Assembly (NCBI GenBank): GCA_041577335.1
Contig: JBFGJH010000006.1
Span: forward strand, 16,498 to 80,497
DNA length: 64,000 bases
Reading direction: 5' to 3'
DNA from: Acidimicrobiia bacterium
GTDB lineage: Bacteria > Actinomycetota > Acidimicrobiia > Spongiisociales > JAENVV01
How positions within the stretch are numbered: the first letter of the stretch is position 1; each line of letters opens with the position of its first letter. Position numbers and translations under genes: made by a program. Below are positions 29,499 to 39,252 of this stretch, one piece after another. Below the pieces are notes generated by a model. It was not told the origin of the DNA, did no database searches, and was given only the letters and a program-made list of their open reading frames with translations.

Positions 29499-29659
29499 TT
29501 CACCTCGATCCTCTCAGGGCCAGGAGCCGGCTCGGATTGCTCGGCCCGCAACTCCACAATCACGGCCTCGACCGCTCGGAGCGTCTCGATTCCGGCTCGT
29601 AGGAGATGAAAAGCCGCTCTCTTCATAGCTCGCTGCGCTCGATCGGTGCCGTCCCCCAT
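29495..29659 (-). CDS. 54-aa small protein missed by the ORF track
   Basis: MGDGTDRAQRAMKRAAFHLLRAGIETLRAVEAVIVELRAEQSEPAPGPERIEVK. Start overlaps the ArsA stop and stop overlaps the ROK start. Confidence 0.7.
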   Translation of the reverse strand: MGDGTDRAQRAMKRAAFHLLRAGIETLRAVEAVIVELRAEQSEPAPGPERIEVK

Positions 29660-30828
29660 CACGACCCCTCGAAGCGGACGGTGAGCGTGCCCTCGGCGAG
29701 GTCGGCACCTTGGACTTTTCGCCTCCGGAGCGTGTCCGGCAGCACAAAGGAGCGGCGATACGGTCCCACGGTGATGTAGAGCTCGTCACCATGGCGGATG
29801 ACGTCGAGCTCTTCTTTGTGGGCGAAGGGAACCGCCAGGTGCATGGTCAGCGCGCCGTCGTCCGACTCGTTGACCGTGAAGGGCACCGACGCATGGAAGT
29901 CGTCAACGGGATCACGGTCACCGTAGAGCTCTTTGGCGAGGCGGCGCAGCCGGTCGACGCCGACCATTTCCTCATCGAAGAGCCGCAACGGAAGCACGTC
30001 GATGCCGGCAAAGGACTCCCGAATGGTGGTGAGATGGCCGGCTTGGATCGATTGCCACCGCGAGAAGTACGGATCGTCGATCTCATCCGGCAGCACGCGA
30101 TTGACGACGACACCATCGACTCCGTAGCCAAACAGGCTGAGGTAGGTGTAGGTCCGCCGGGCCTCATTGACGACCATCTTCTCAGGATTGACCACCAGCC
30201 GGGCAGTGGTTATGGCGGGGTCGGAGAGAAGCCGTTTCACGGCCTCAACGCCGGAGAAGATGCCCTCGGCTGCCTGAAAGACGCTGTCGTGGGGAACGGG
30301 CAGATTCGAGACCTTACTGAGGACGGGTCGTGCGGCACGCATGATCCTTCGTTCGGCCGGCAGGATCCGCTCGAAATACCACGACAGCACCTCGGGGAGA
30401 CTCAGCAAGCGAAGCGTCTCAGCCGTTGGAGCACAATCGACCACGATGGTGTCGTATTTCCCGCTTTCGGCGTGCTGCTCGACCTCGAGCAGAGAAAAAA
30501 GCTCGTCCATGCCGGGAAAGACGAGAAACTCCTCTGCTTCGATCCCGGTCACACCCCCCCAATCGAACACGGCCATGAGCTGGCGGTGGATTTCGCCCCA
30601 GTGGCGTTCGAGTTGCTCCTGGCCGTCGATCTGTTGCGCTTCGAGATTGACGCCCACCGAACGCGGGTCATCCCCGAGCGGAATGTCGAACGCATCGCCG
30701 AGGCTGTGAGCAGGGTCGGTAGACGTGACCAGGGTGCGATGACCGGAATCGGCAGCCGCCAGGGCTGTGGCGGCTGAAACGGTTGTCTTGCCGACGCCCC
30801 CTTTGCCGGTGACGAGGAGGACCCTCAC
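29659..30828 (-). CDS. ArsA/Get3 family ATPase with C-terminal alpha-crystallin-like domain
   Basis: GKGGVGKTT, STDPAHSL, DCAPTAETLRLL, NPEKMV. No ArsA metalloid-binding Cys is evident. Confidence 0.9.
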   Translation of the reverse strand: MRVLLVTGKGGVGKTTVSAATALAAADSGHRTLVTSTDPAHSLGDAFDIPLGDDPRSVGVNLEAQQIDGQEQLERHWGEIHRQLMAVFDWGGVTGIEAEEFLVFPGMDELFSLLEVEQHAESGKYDTIVVDCAPTAETLRLLSLPEVLSWYFERILPAERRIMRAARPVLSKVSNLPVPHDSVFQAAEGIFSGVEAVKRLLSDPAITTARLVVNPEKMVVNEARRTYTYLSLFGYGVDGVVVNRVLPDEIDDPYFSRWQSIQAGHLTTIRESFAGIDVLPLRLFDEEMVGVDRLRRLAKELYGDRDPVDDFHASVPFTVNESDDGALTMHLAVPFAHKEELDVIRHGDELYITVGPYRRSFVLPDTLRRRKVQGADLAEGTLTVRFEGS

Positions 30829-31271
30829 TCAGCCTCCACCGATTCCTCCGCTCGATGTTTGAGGCCGCGCAAGGCAATGTTGACGAGGGTCTTCTCCGCC
30901 TGGCGCCTGATGAAGCCGGGAACCGGGAACGCCGGGTCCACCTTGAGGGCGTAGACAACGGTGGTCCCACCTTCGTGCTCGGTGAACTCGTATGAGCCCT
31001 GCATCATTTTGATGTCCGGCCCAGGAAGGGCCGACCATGTCATCAGGTTGGGGGCATCATGCTCGTATTCGAGCACGTAGGTGATCTTCTTCATCATGGC
31101 GTCGACGACGAACTCGGCTCGCTTGGGGAGTTCGTCGGCGCCGAGTTCGATCACGATGACCGACCGCACACCCTCGGCCCAGTCCGGATAGGCATTCAAG
31201 TCTGCTGCAACCGCGTAGATGGTTGCCGCATCAGCGGCGATCTCGATGCTCTGTACTGTTCCTTCGGCCAT
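30825..31271 (-). CDS. SRPBCC/START (polyketide cyclase-like) protein
   Basis: DLNAYPDWAEGV, GSYEF, ALRGLKHRAE. Confidence 0.85.
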   Translation of the reverse strand: MAEGTVQSIEIAADAATIYAVAADLNAYPDWAEGVRSVIVIELGADELPKRAEFVVDAMMKKITYVLEYEHDAPNLMTWSALPGPDIKMMQGSYEFTEHEGGTTVVYALKVDPAFPVPGFIRRQAEKTLVNIALRGLKHRAEESVEAE

Positions 31272-31331
31272 CCTGACGTCCTTGGTCGAGGCAAGTGCCC
31301 TCTAGCGTAGTGGGGCTTCGGAACTGACGGT

Positions 31332-32099
31332 TCACCCAGCAGGCATCAGCCGGAAGCCGCGACCCGTCGCTCGAAAATACCCGACGTTGTGGCAACGGGT
31401 TCGACCAACATCCCACCGTTGGGCGCGCGGCTGATGGACATCGCCGAAGAAGTGATAGCGCGGCTGATGCCTCTCGAGATAGGCAAGGATGGGCCGCGAG
31501 GACCGTTGCTCGTGGCCGGCGACCGTGTCATACGCAAGGGGGCTGACGGCGGGTGGGACGTGTGTGCACAGCACGTCGACCGGCCCCATGGCCGCCAAGA
31601 CCCCTTCCATCTCGTCGTCGGTGATCTCTCCTGGTGTACCGAGTGGAGTCTCTGCTCCGCCGCCGGCGAACCCGACCGTCCAGCCTTCGATCTCGAGGAC
31701 TCGACCTTGCACGTAGCTCGCCCCGGCCGGTAGGTGGGAGACGAGCATGGATGGCGTATCGACATTGCCATGGATCAGGTAGACCTCACCGCCTCGTAAG
31801 GCCTGCTCACACTGTTCGTATTGCCGCTCGATGTGTTGGTGTACGACGTGGCGAATGTCGATCTGTCGGGTCGCAGCCTCTTCTCGCCAGAGACGCCGCG
31901 AGCCGTCGAAGTCATTGGCAGCCCGCAACCGCCGAATGCTCGCAACAAAACCGTCCCCGAAGAGATCCCTGGCGATGCCATCGCCGGTCCGATAATCGAC
32001 GAAATTGACGAGATCACCCAGCACCAGGAGCGGCTCTTTGCCCGCTACGGCTCGTCCCAATGCGCCGAACGCCGCATGCACGTCCGAGATGATCAACAT
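31332..32099 (-). CDS. Metallophosphoesterase (calcineurin-like)
   Basis: SDVH, LGDLVN, HGNVD, THVPP, FGDVH. Start reassigned to ATG 32099. Confidence 0.85.
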   Translation of the reverse strand: MLIISDVHAAFGALGRAVAGKEPLLVLGDLVNFVDYRTGDGIARDLFGDGFVASIRRLRAANDFDGSRRLWREEAATRQIDIRHVVHQHIERQYEQCEQALRGGEVYLIHGNVDTPSMLVSHLPAGASYVQGRVLEIEGWTVGFAGGGAETPLGTPGEITDDEMEGVLAAMGPVDVLCTHVPPAVSPLAYDTVAGHEQRSSRPILAYLERHQPRYHFFGDVHQPRAQRWDVGRTRCHNVGYFRATGRGFRLMPAG

Positions 32100-32116
32100 G
32101 AGGAGCCATCCGCCAT

Positions 32117-32809
32117 TCAGGTGTTGGCCGAAGCGCCGGAGATGCCTTGAATCCAGATGATGGCAACAACCATGGCAATAGCCCCGAGCGCCACGAACGT
32201 GAGAATCCGCGGCTTCAGGATCACGGCATCGGCCTGGCGCTGAGCCAGCCTTTGCGCGTCGTGCACCGAGACGAGCACGATGCCGATGGCGACCACGAAC
32301 ACGATCAACGCCGATATGGCCGCCCCACCGGCGAACGCAATGATGAGCGCAAAACCGATGAGCACCCACACCAACAGGGCGATCGTGAAACCAATGAGCC
32401 CATGACCAAGCCGCATGTGGGCAAGGCCGGGAATAATCGCCTGAGAGAGGGCCTCGCTCGGCGACAGCGTTGGCTCGGACTCTCGCCCGCCGCCGAAAGA
32501 GACGAAGATCGGCGTCTTGCACACCGAACACGCATCCGAAGTCAGCGGATTGGACTCTTGGCAGATCTGGCACTGCCAAGTGGGTTGGTCGTCAGTGTCG
32601 GCGTGGTGCTCGGGGGCCTGATCGATCGTCACGGAACCAGGCCCGGCCGCAGTGGCTGTCACATCCGGGGCGGGCGGAGGCGAGACTTCGACGGCTGCCG
32701 GAGGAGGCTCCGGTTGGGCAACACCGAGCGCTGCGAAGCACTGGTTGCACCACGGAGATCCGGCCACATTCGCGGCTCCACAACTCGGGCACCTGGTTTG
32801 CTCGGACAT
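32117..32809 (-). CDS. Double zinc-ribbon membrane protein
   Basis: CPSC...CNQC and RanBP2-like WQCQICQESN...CSVC, followed by about 3 TMs. Confidence 0.75.
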   Translation of the reverse strand: MSEQTRCPSCGAANVAGSPWCNQCFAALGVAQPEPPPAAVEVSPPPAPDVTATAAGPGSVTIDQAPEHHADTDDQPTWQCQICQESNPLTSDACSVCKTPIFVSFGGGRESEPTLSPSEALSQAIIPGLAHMRLGHGLIGFTIALLVWVLIGFALIIAFAGGAAISALIVFVVAIGIVLVSVHDAQRLAQRQADAVILKPRILTFVALGAIAMVVAIIWIQGISGASANT

Positions 32810-32836
32810 AACCCCAGAAAGAGTAGTCGGGGCGGA

Positions 32837-34516
32837 CTATTCGTCGGTGACACAGCCTTCGGAAGCAGTTTTCACCAGCCGTGTGTATTTGAACAGGGTG
32901 CCGCTGGTCGCTTTGAGCGCCGGCTCGTGCCAAGCCGCGCGTCGCCGGGCCATTTCCTCGGCGTCGACGCCGAGATCGATCGAGTTGGTCGTGGCATCCA
33001 CCGTGATGTGATCGCCGTCTTCGACCAGCGCGATCGGACCGCCGAGCTGCGCTTCGGGCGTCACGTGGCCGACGATGAATCCGTGTGACCCCCCGGAAAA
33101 ACGCCCATCGGTGATCAGGGCGACTTCGCCGCCCATACCTGCGCCCATCAGCGCTGACGTCGGCGTCAGCATCTCTGGCATCCCCGGCCCTCCTTTGGGC
33201 CCTTCGTACCGAATCACCACGACCGATCCTGATTTGATACGACCTGCCTCCAGGGCTGCCAACATGGCTTCCTCGGAATCAAACGCCTGAGCGGGGCCTT
33301 CGAATCGCACGCCTTCTTTGCCGGTGATCTTGGCGACGGCACCGTCGGGCGCGAGTGTTCCTCGCAGAATCTGGATGTGGCCGGTGGTCTTGATCGGGTC
33401 TTCCCACGGACGGAGGAGATCTTGCCCATCGGCCAGTCCGGGCAGGTCGGCGACGTTCTCGGCCAACGTGCGACCGGTCACGGTCAGGCAGTCTCCGTCG
33501 AGGGCATCGCGCTCGAGCAGGTATTTGACGACGGCAGGAGTCCCTCCGACATTGTGCAGATCTTGCATGACATAGTTCCCGCTCGGTTTGAGATCGGCGA
33601 GGAGCGGGGTGCGGTCCGTCACTGCCTGGAAATCGTCGATCGTCAGCTGTACCCCTGCGGAACGAGCCATCGCGATGAGGTGGAGCACGGCGTTCGTCGA
33701 TCCGCCGAGCACGGTGGCGACCACCATGGCGTTCTCGAATGCCTGGCGGGTCATGATGTCGCGAGGCAGGATCTCGTTTTCCAGCAAGTGCCGGATCGCC
33801 GGCCCGGCCGCCCGGCACTCGGCCAGTTTGGCGGAGTCGACCGCAGGCAACGAGCTGCTGTATGGCAACGACATGCCCATGACCTCGATGGCGGACGCCA
33901 TCGTGTTGGCGGTGTACATGCCGCCGCAGGCTCCGGCACCGGGACATGCATTTCGGATGATGTCCAGACGCGTCTCGTCGTCGATGTTGCCGGCCAGGAA
34001 CTCCCCGTACGCCTGGAAGGCCGACACGACATCGATGGGTCGACCATCCGATGACAACCCCGGTTTGATGGTGCCTCCGTAGATCATCAATGCCGGCCGG
34101 TTGACCCGAGCCATGGCGATGACGGTGCCCGGCATGTTCTTGTCGCATCCGGGGATGGAGACGTTGGCGTCATACCACTGGGCGTTCATGACGGTCTCGA
34201 TGCTGTCAGCGATCAGATCGCGTGATTGCAGCGAGTAGCTCATTCCGTCGGTTCCCATCGATATGCCATCGGACACCCCGATGGTGTTGAACCGCATCCC
34301 CACGAGCCCAGCCGACTGTGCGCCTTCTTTCACCGCGGCCGCCAACTGGTCGAGGTGCATGTTGCAGCTATTGCCCTCGTACCAAACACTGGCGATGCCG
34401 AGCTGCGGCTTGTCCATGTCCTCGGGGGTGAGCCCGGCTCCGTACAGCATTGCCTGGGAGGCGCCTTGGGACTTTTGTTGGGTGATTGTTGCGCTGACGG
34501 CGTTCAATTGGCCCAT
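32837..34516 (-). CDS. ilvD: Dihydroxy-acid dehydratase
   Basis: [54 protein letters not shown]. Confidence 0.97.
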   Translation of the reverse strand: MGQLNAVSATITQQKSQGASQAMLYGAGLTPEDMDKPQLGIASVWYEGNSCNMHLDQLAAAVKEGAQSAGLVGMRFNTIGVSDGISMGTDGMSYSLQSRDLIADSIETVMNAQWYDANVSIPGCDKNMPGTVIAMARVNRPALMIYGGTIKPGLSSDGRPIDVVSAFQAYGEFLAGNIDDETRLDIIRNACPGAGACGGMYTANTMASAIEVMGMSLPYSSSLPAVDSAKLAECRAAGPAIRHLLENEILPRDIMTRQAFENAMVVATVLGGSTNAVLHLIAMARSAGVQLTIDDFQAVTDRTPLLADLKPSGNYVMQDLHNVGGTPAVVKYLLERDALDGDCLTVTGRTLAENVADLPGLADGQDLLRPWEDPIKTTGHIQILRGTLAPDGAVAKITGKEGVRFEGPAQAFDSEEAMLAALEAGRIKSGSVVVIRYEGPKGGPGMPEMLTPTSALMGAGMGGEVALITDGRFSGGSHGFIVGHVTPEAQLGGPIALVEDGDHITVDATTNSIDLGVDAEEMARRRAAWHEPALKATSGTLFKYTRLVKTASEGCVTDE

Positions 34517-34600
34517 GAGACCATCTCCTTGTCAGGCCGCTTGGCCGGTCAGAGGTCTGTCGGATGAGGCGCCGGAGTGTAGTCCCGGCCGTGGGCCGGC

Positions 34601-35758
34601 CTAAGAGGTGCCGGCTCCGTATTCGACGATGACATCGGGGTTCGACTCTTGGGTGAGCCTGGCAGCCAGAGGGGGCTCCGCGGCACTCCCCCCCAGAGCG
34701 ACGATCGCCGCCACCGCATGAGCTCGGACGTCTGCCAGCTCATGGTCGAGAAAGGGCTCGATGAGCTGGAAGTGGGAACGCCTACCGACATTGGCAAGCG
34801 CCACCAGAGCGTTGCGACGCAGATAGGCAGGATTCCTCCGTGGGATGTAGAAATGGCCGTGCCGAGCCAACAGCTCCGCGTCGCTCGCCGTCAAAAGATC
34901 GTCCAGGTCCACAGCCCCGGCGGCAGTTGGTCGCGATTCGGCAGAAATCCGCTGCCCCGGTGGACACGAGACGAGGCACTCGTCGCAGCCATAGATCCTG
35001 CTCCCGATCGCCGTGCGCAGTTGACGGGGAATGATTCCCGGAGTCTGCAGCCAGTACGCGATGCACTTGGTTGCGTCGAGCGTGCCGACGTGGTCGAGGG
35101 CACCCGTTGGGCACGCGGGGATGCAGGCGGAGCATGTTCCACAGTCACGGGCCATCGGCTCATCGGGAACAAGCAGTGCATCGGTGGCCACCGACCCCAA
35201 TAGCAGCCACGGGCCGAACTTCGGAGCGATCGCCATCGTGCTTTTCCCCCACCACGCTATCCCGGCCCGAACCGCAGCGGCGCGATCGACGAGCCGATTG
35301 TCGTCGACCATGACCTCTGCCCGGTATCCCTCAGCCACCAGGAACTCGGCGATCTGGGCCAAGGCGCGCCGTAGGGGCTCGTACGCGTCGCCGACTGCAA
35401 ACCGGGCAATGTGGCCCACCAGCGGTCGACTGGCAGGCTCGCCGATCGCGGGAACGTAGGAGCTCGCCGCCACCACGAGTGAGCGAGCGGCCGGGACTGA
35501 TCGGGCGATGTCCGTTGAGCGCGGATCTCCGTACGTGAACCGGAGTCGACCCGAAGTGCCGACTCGCTTGCGGCGCTGAATCTCGACGGCCGCCGAGGCG
35601 AACGGGGCCGCAGTTGTCAAGCCAATCGCATCGAGGCCCGCAGCTCGCCCGAGCCGTTTCACCTCGGTGGAGAGGGCACTCGGTATGGACGCGCTTGTGC
35701 CGGCGGGCTTGGCCACGACATCGGTCTGCGCAGGTTCGTCGGTCGGCTCGACTGGCAT
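34601..35758 (-). CDS. queG: Epoxyqueuosine reductase
   Basis: CGTCSACIPACPTGA and GCDECLVSCP Fe-S motifs, DRAAAVRAG, C-terminal HEAT-like repeat. Confidence 0.88.
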   Translation of the reverse strand: MPVEPTDEPAQTDVVAKPAGTSASIPSALSTEVKRLGRAAGLDAIGLTTAAPFASAAVEIQRRKRVGTSGRLRFTYGDPRSTDIARSVPAARSLVVAASSYVPAIGEPASRPLVGHIARFAVGDAYEPLRRALAQIAEFLVAEGYRAEVMVDDNRLVDRAAAVRAGIAWWGKSTMAIAPKFGPWLLLGSVATDALLVPDEPMARDCGTCSACIPACPTGALDHVGTLDATKCIAYWLQTPGIIPRQLRTAIGSRIYGCDECLVSCPPGQRISAESRPTAAGAVDLDDLLTASDAELLARHGHFYIPRRNPAYLRRNALVALANVGRRSHFQLIEPFLDHELADVRAHAVAAIVALGGSAAEPPLAARLTQESNPDVIVEYGAGTS

Positions 35759-35791
35759 GAATCTCAGGCTACCGGTGCCTCACCAAAAGCC

Positions 35792-35986
35792 TCAGCCTGC
35801 TTGGCTTTTTGGGACCAGTCGCAGCGTGGGCACGAGGCCCAGATCGGCCATGGACTCCAGAGCATCGATCTCGGGCGCCTCCAGGTCGATCGGACCGGGC
35901 TGGATCTGCAGGATCGCCGTCACGACACAGTCGTGGCACGCATCGGTGTGCTGCATGGCGCATTCATCGCAATCGACCAACATCAC
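35792..35986 (-). CDS. Small Cys-rich protein (CxxC-x7-CxxC)
   Basis: VDCDECAMQHTDACHDCVVTAIL...LVPTLRL; GAGGA SD; resembles a conserved small actinobacterial protein. Confidence 0.8.
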   Translation of the reverse strand: MMLVDCDECAMQHTDACHDCVVTAILQIQPGPIDLEAPEIDALESMADLGLVPTLRLVPKSQAG

Positions 35987-36095
35987 ATTCGTCCTCTGTT
36001 TCTCCTCGGCGGGCGCCCTCGGTCATCATCCACGCTGGTCGATCGACCGGGGAGCGCCCTGATGTATGGGAGGGTACGGGCCGGGTGTGACAGAT

Positions 36096-37298
36096 TCAGC
36101 GACCGGTCCAACCCACGAATGCCTCGCTCCACAGAACAACCGCCCCATGAAGGGCGGACCCCTCCTGGACCTCGCGATCGGTGCTCACCACCACGACGTC
36201 GCCACCCAGCGTGTCGGCGAGGGAACGAATCTCATCGTCGGCCGAAGGAGCCCAGCGGACGGCGACCGGACCAGGCGATGGCGGTTCGCTCGCCCCATAT
36301 TCGGAGTCGAACACCACGATCACCTTGGAAGGGGCGACTGAAGCACCTCTGAGGAGCCCGGCTCTTCGCACCACCTCCTGCCGCACACGCGCCGACGAGA
36401 ACGCACCCGCGTCGATCAGCCAGGCGGCGTTGTAGCCATCGATGATGATCGTCACCGGCCCGGCCCCCTTGACGACCCACTCCATCGCCTCGGCAGAGTC
36501 GGGTCGAATTCCCGGCGGCAAGCCAAATCCAGGCGAAGGCGCCCCGGGCTCTGATGACGCGACGTGATCGACGGCGGCGATCACCGACAACGCATCGAGT
36601 GTCTTGGCCAGATCCACCGGGCGGGGCCCGACGCGATCGAAGCCCGGCATGGCTTGCCCAGTCCCCCGTGACCGTTTGGCGCGCAGCAGATTGCCACGAA
36701 GCTTCAGAACGAGCGCTTCGGCCCGCTCAACTCGCACGCGAAGGCTCGCTTGTTCAGCCAGCGCCGCTTGCAGGAGCTCATGCTGCTTCGATTCGATCTC
36801 CTGCCCGGGAGCTTGGGCCCGTGCCAGCTGTCGCTTCAAATCGGCGATCTTCGCACGAGCCTCGGTAGCATCGGCACTCGCCTGTTTCCTGAGCTTCTTC
36901 AGCTTGTCGCGCGCCTTGGCAAGCTCGGCTTCCGACGCCTCGATCCGATCTGTCAGGCGATCGAACTCGGCCTGGCTGACGCGGTTGGTCTGGTCAGCGC
37001 CATACCCATCCATCAGCTCCTCCCACCCTTCGGGGCGCACAACAAATGCCAAAGACGCCTTCTGAGGCAGCGTCTCGTCATCCGGATCCAGAAGTGCCGC
37101 CACCTCGCCTCTGAGGTCGTCGGATCGATCCAGCTCTCTCACAACGACCGCGGCAAGGGGCGGGGGCAGCCGCCGAGCCGAGCTGGCGTTGACCGGACGG
37201 AGCGCGTGGGGGACCTGATCGGCATCGAGATCGGCGAGGTGCACACGGGTTGCCTCGATCGCCGGCCCGAGAAGTCGAACATCCCATCGTTGTCTCAC
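36096..37298 (-). CDS. NYN (YacP-like PIN fold) ribonuclease with coiled-coil N-terminal region
   Basis: IIDGYN, VVFD, SADDEI and VVSTDREV in the C-terminal domain. Confidence 0.85.
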   Translation of the reverse strand: MRQRWDVRLLGPAIEATRVHLADLDADQVPHALRPVNASSARRLPPPLAAVVVRELDRSDDLRGEVAALLDPDDETLPQKASLAFVVRPEGWEELMDGYGADQTNRVSQAEFDRLTDRIEASEAELAKARDKLKKLRKQASADATEARAKIADLKRQLARAQAPGQEIESKQHELLQAALAEQASLRVRVERAEALVLKLRGNLLRAKRSRGTGQAMPGFDRVGPRPVDLAKTLDALSVIAAVDHVASSEPGAPSPGFGLPPGIRPDSAEAMEWVVKGAGPVTIIIDGYNAAWLIDAGAFSSARVRQEVVRRAGLLRGASVAPSKVIVVFDSEYGASEPPSPGPVAVRWAPSADDEIRSLADTLGGDVVVVSTDREVQEGSALHGAVVLWSEAFVGWTGR

Positions 37299-37364
37299 GG
37301 CCGCATGCTACCGACCCTTGCTTGCGAACCTTCCCCGTCTCCACGCCGGCGGAGCCAGCACGCC

Positions 37365-37393
37365 TTGACTTCGGCATTGGCTCCCTGCATACT
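37365..37393 (+). promoter_or_regulatory. Housekeeping-sigma promoter of the ilvB operon
   Basis: TTGACT, 17-nt spacer, CATACT. Confidence 0.7.
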
Positions 37394-37404
37394 CAACCGT
37401 CAAT

Positions 37405-37434
37405 ATGAAGCCGACGATCCTCGTACTTGTGTAG
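37405..37434 (+). CDS. ilvB attenuator leader peptide MKPTILVLV
   Basis: ATG AAG CCG ACG ATC CTC GTA CTT GTG TAG: five consecutive Ile/Leu/Val codons upstream of a terminator. Confidence 0.85.
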   Translation: MKPTILVLV

Positions 37435-37469
37435 ACACCGCGTCACAGCCCGACGTGTGTGTCCTACTG

Positions 37470-37491
37470 CCCTCCCCACGGAGGGTTTTTT
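37470..37491 (+). terminator. Attenuator terminator upstream of ilvB
   Basis: CCCTCC-CCAC-GGAGGG followed by TTTTTT. Confidence 0.85.
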
Positions 37492-37508
37492 CATACCAAG
37501 GAATCCTC

Positions 37509-39206
37509 ATGACGTTCACCGGAGCCCACGCCCTCATCAAAGCCCTCGAATACGAGGGAGTCGACATCGTATTCGGTGTGCCCGGTGGAGCAATACTTCC
37601 GGCCTACGATCCCCTGTACGACTCCCCCATTCGCCACATCCTCGCCCGCCACGAGCAAGGGGCGGGACACATGGCAGAGGGCTACGCATGGGCAACTGGC
37701 AGAGTTGGTGTGTGCATTGCCACGTCGGGCCCTGGCGCCACCAATCTGGTGACGCCGCTGGCTGATGCCCTCATGGACTCGGTGCCGATGGTGGCTATCA
37801 CCGGCCAGGTCCCCACCACTGCGGTCGGCAATGACGCGTTCCAGGAGGCCTATACGACCGGCATCACGATGCCCGCGACAAAGCACAACTACTTCGTCAC
37901 CGACGCCAAAGACATCGCCAACACCATCCACGAGGCGTTCCACCTCGCCTCGTCGGGCCGGCCCGGCCCGGTGTTGGTGGACGTTCCCAAGGATGTGCTT
38001 GGCGCCGAGCTGGAATGGGAAGACCCCACCGATCTCGCAATGCCTGGCTACAAACCAACCGTTGCGCCCCATGCGCGTCGAATCCGTGAGGCCGTCCACC
38101 TCATCGAGGAGTCGAGCCGACCGGTGCTGTATGTCGGAGGCGGGATCATCAAGGCCAACGCGTCGCCCGAGCTCATGGCGTTCGCCGACATGACCGGTGC
38201 TCCCATCGTCACCACGCTCATGGGACGAGGATGCGCTCCCGACAGCCACCCCCTCAATCTCGGCATGCCGGGCATGCACGGCACCTACACAGCCACGACG
38301 GCGATTCAAAACGCCGATCTGCTGATCGCGATCGGAGTCCGGTTCGATGATCGAGTTACCGGCGATCCCAACTTCTTTGCCCCCAACGCCAAAGTCATCC
38401 ACGCCGACGTCGACCCGGCCGAGATCGGCAAGGTGCGCGTCGCTGATGTCCCGGTTGTCGGCGACGCCCAGGCGGTTCTCGCGGCCTTGGCCAAAGAATG
38501 GGGCGACCGGCCCGCACCCGATTGGACCGAATGGACCGACCAGCTCGGCCGGTGGCAGCGGGACCACCCGCTCAAATACGAACAATCGGCCGACGGGACC
38601 ATCAAGCCGCAATACGTTGTCGAGGAGCTGCACCGCATAACGGGCGGAGACGCGATCGTGGTCTCCGGCGTGGGACAGCATCAGATGTTCGCTTCGCTGT
38701 ATTGGAAATTCGAGGATCCTCGCCGATGGATCAATTCGGGGGGGCTGGGAACCATGGGCTTCGGCATCCCTGCGGCGGTGGGAGCCAAGGCGGGAATGCC
38801 CGACGAGCTGGTGCTCGTGATCGATGGCGACGGCTGCTTCCAGATGACTTTCCAGGAGTTGATCACGGCAGCCGTTGACGGAATCCCCATCAAGGTGGCG
38901 CTGTTCAACAACAGCCAGCATGGCATGGTGACCCAATGGCAAAACCTCTTCTACGGCGGCCGCCTATCGGCCAGCCAGCTCGGAGTTGGCGCCGTTGACT
39001 ATGTGAAGCTGGCCGAGGCGATGGGATGCGCAGGCTTTCGCGCCGAGCACCCGCAAGAGGTCGCCCCGATCATCGAGAAGGCACTCACCATCAACGACCG
39101 GCCGGTAGTGATGGAATTCGTCCTGGATCGTGACGAAATGGTGTTCCCGATGGTGCCGGCGGGCGGCTCGAACGACGTCATTCTCCTCGGCCCCGAGGAC
39201 CTGTGA
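37509..39206 (+). CDS. ilvB: Acetolactate synthase large subunit
   Basis: FGVPGGA, RHEQGAGH, TSGPGATN, GVGQHQM, GDGCFQM. True start is ATG 37509. Confidence 0.96.
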   Translation: MTFTGAHALIKALEYEGVDIVFGVPGGAILPAYDPLYDSPIRHILARHEQGAGHMAEGYAWATGRVGVCIATSGPGATNLVTPLADALMDSVPMVAITGQVPTTAVGNDAFQEAYTTGITMPATKHNYFVTDAKDIANTIHEAFHLASSGRPGPVLVDVPKDVLGAELEWEDPTDLAMPGYKPTVAPHARRIREAVHLIEESSRPVLYVGGGIIKANASPELMAFADMTGAPIVTTLMGRGCAPDSHPLNLGMPGMHGTYTATTAIQNADLLIAIGVRFDDRVTGDPNFFAPNAKVIHADVDPAEIGKVRVADVPVVGDAQAVLAALAKEWGDRPAPDWTEWTDQLGRWQRDHPLKYEQSADGTIKPQYVVEELHRITGGDAIVVSGVGQHQMFASLYWKFEDPRRWINSGGLGTMGFGIPAAVGAKAGMPDELVLVIDGDGCFQMTFQELITAAVDGIPIKVALFNNSQHGMVTQWQNLFYGGRLSASQLGVGAVDYVKLAEAMGCAGFRAEHPQEVAPIIEKALTINDRPVVMEFVLDRDEMVFPMVPAGGSNDVILLGPEDL

Positions 39207-39252
39207 TGGAGCCCCAGGCGCCCCGACCCGTCGGATTCAGGAGGCACAGCTG

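Noticed and set aside
29659-30828. Arsenic-resistance operon
   Set aside because: No arsB/C/R/D nearby and no metalloid-binding Cys; the context matches the Get3-like actinobacterial ArsA subfamily.
31332-32579. Apparent 415-aa fusion or overlapping gene pair
   Set aside because: The upstream part is an off-frame read-through of the zinc-ribbon gene; phosphoesterase motifs start at 32099.
36750-37508. 253-aa N-terminal extension of IlvB in the ORF track
   Set aside because: It overlaps the NYN gene on the opposite strand and runs through the promoter and attenuator; the true start is 37509.
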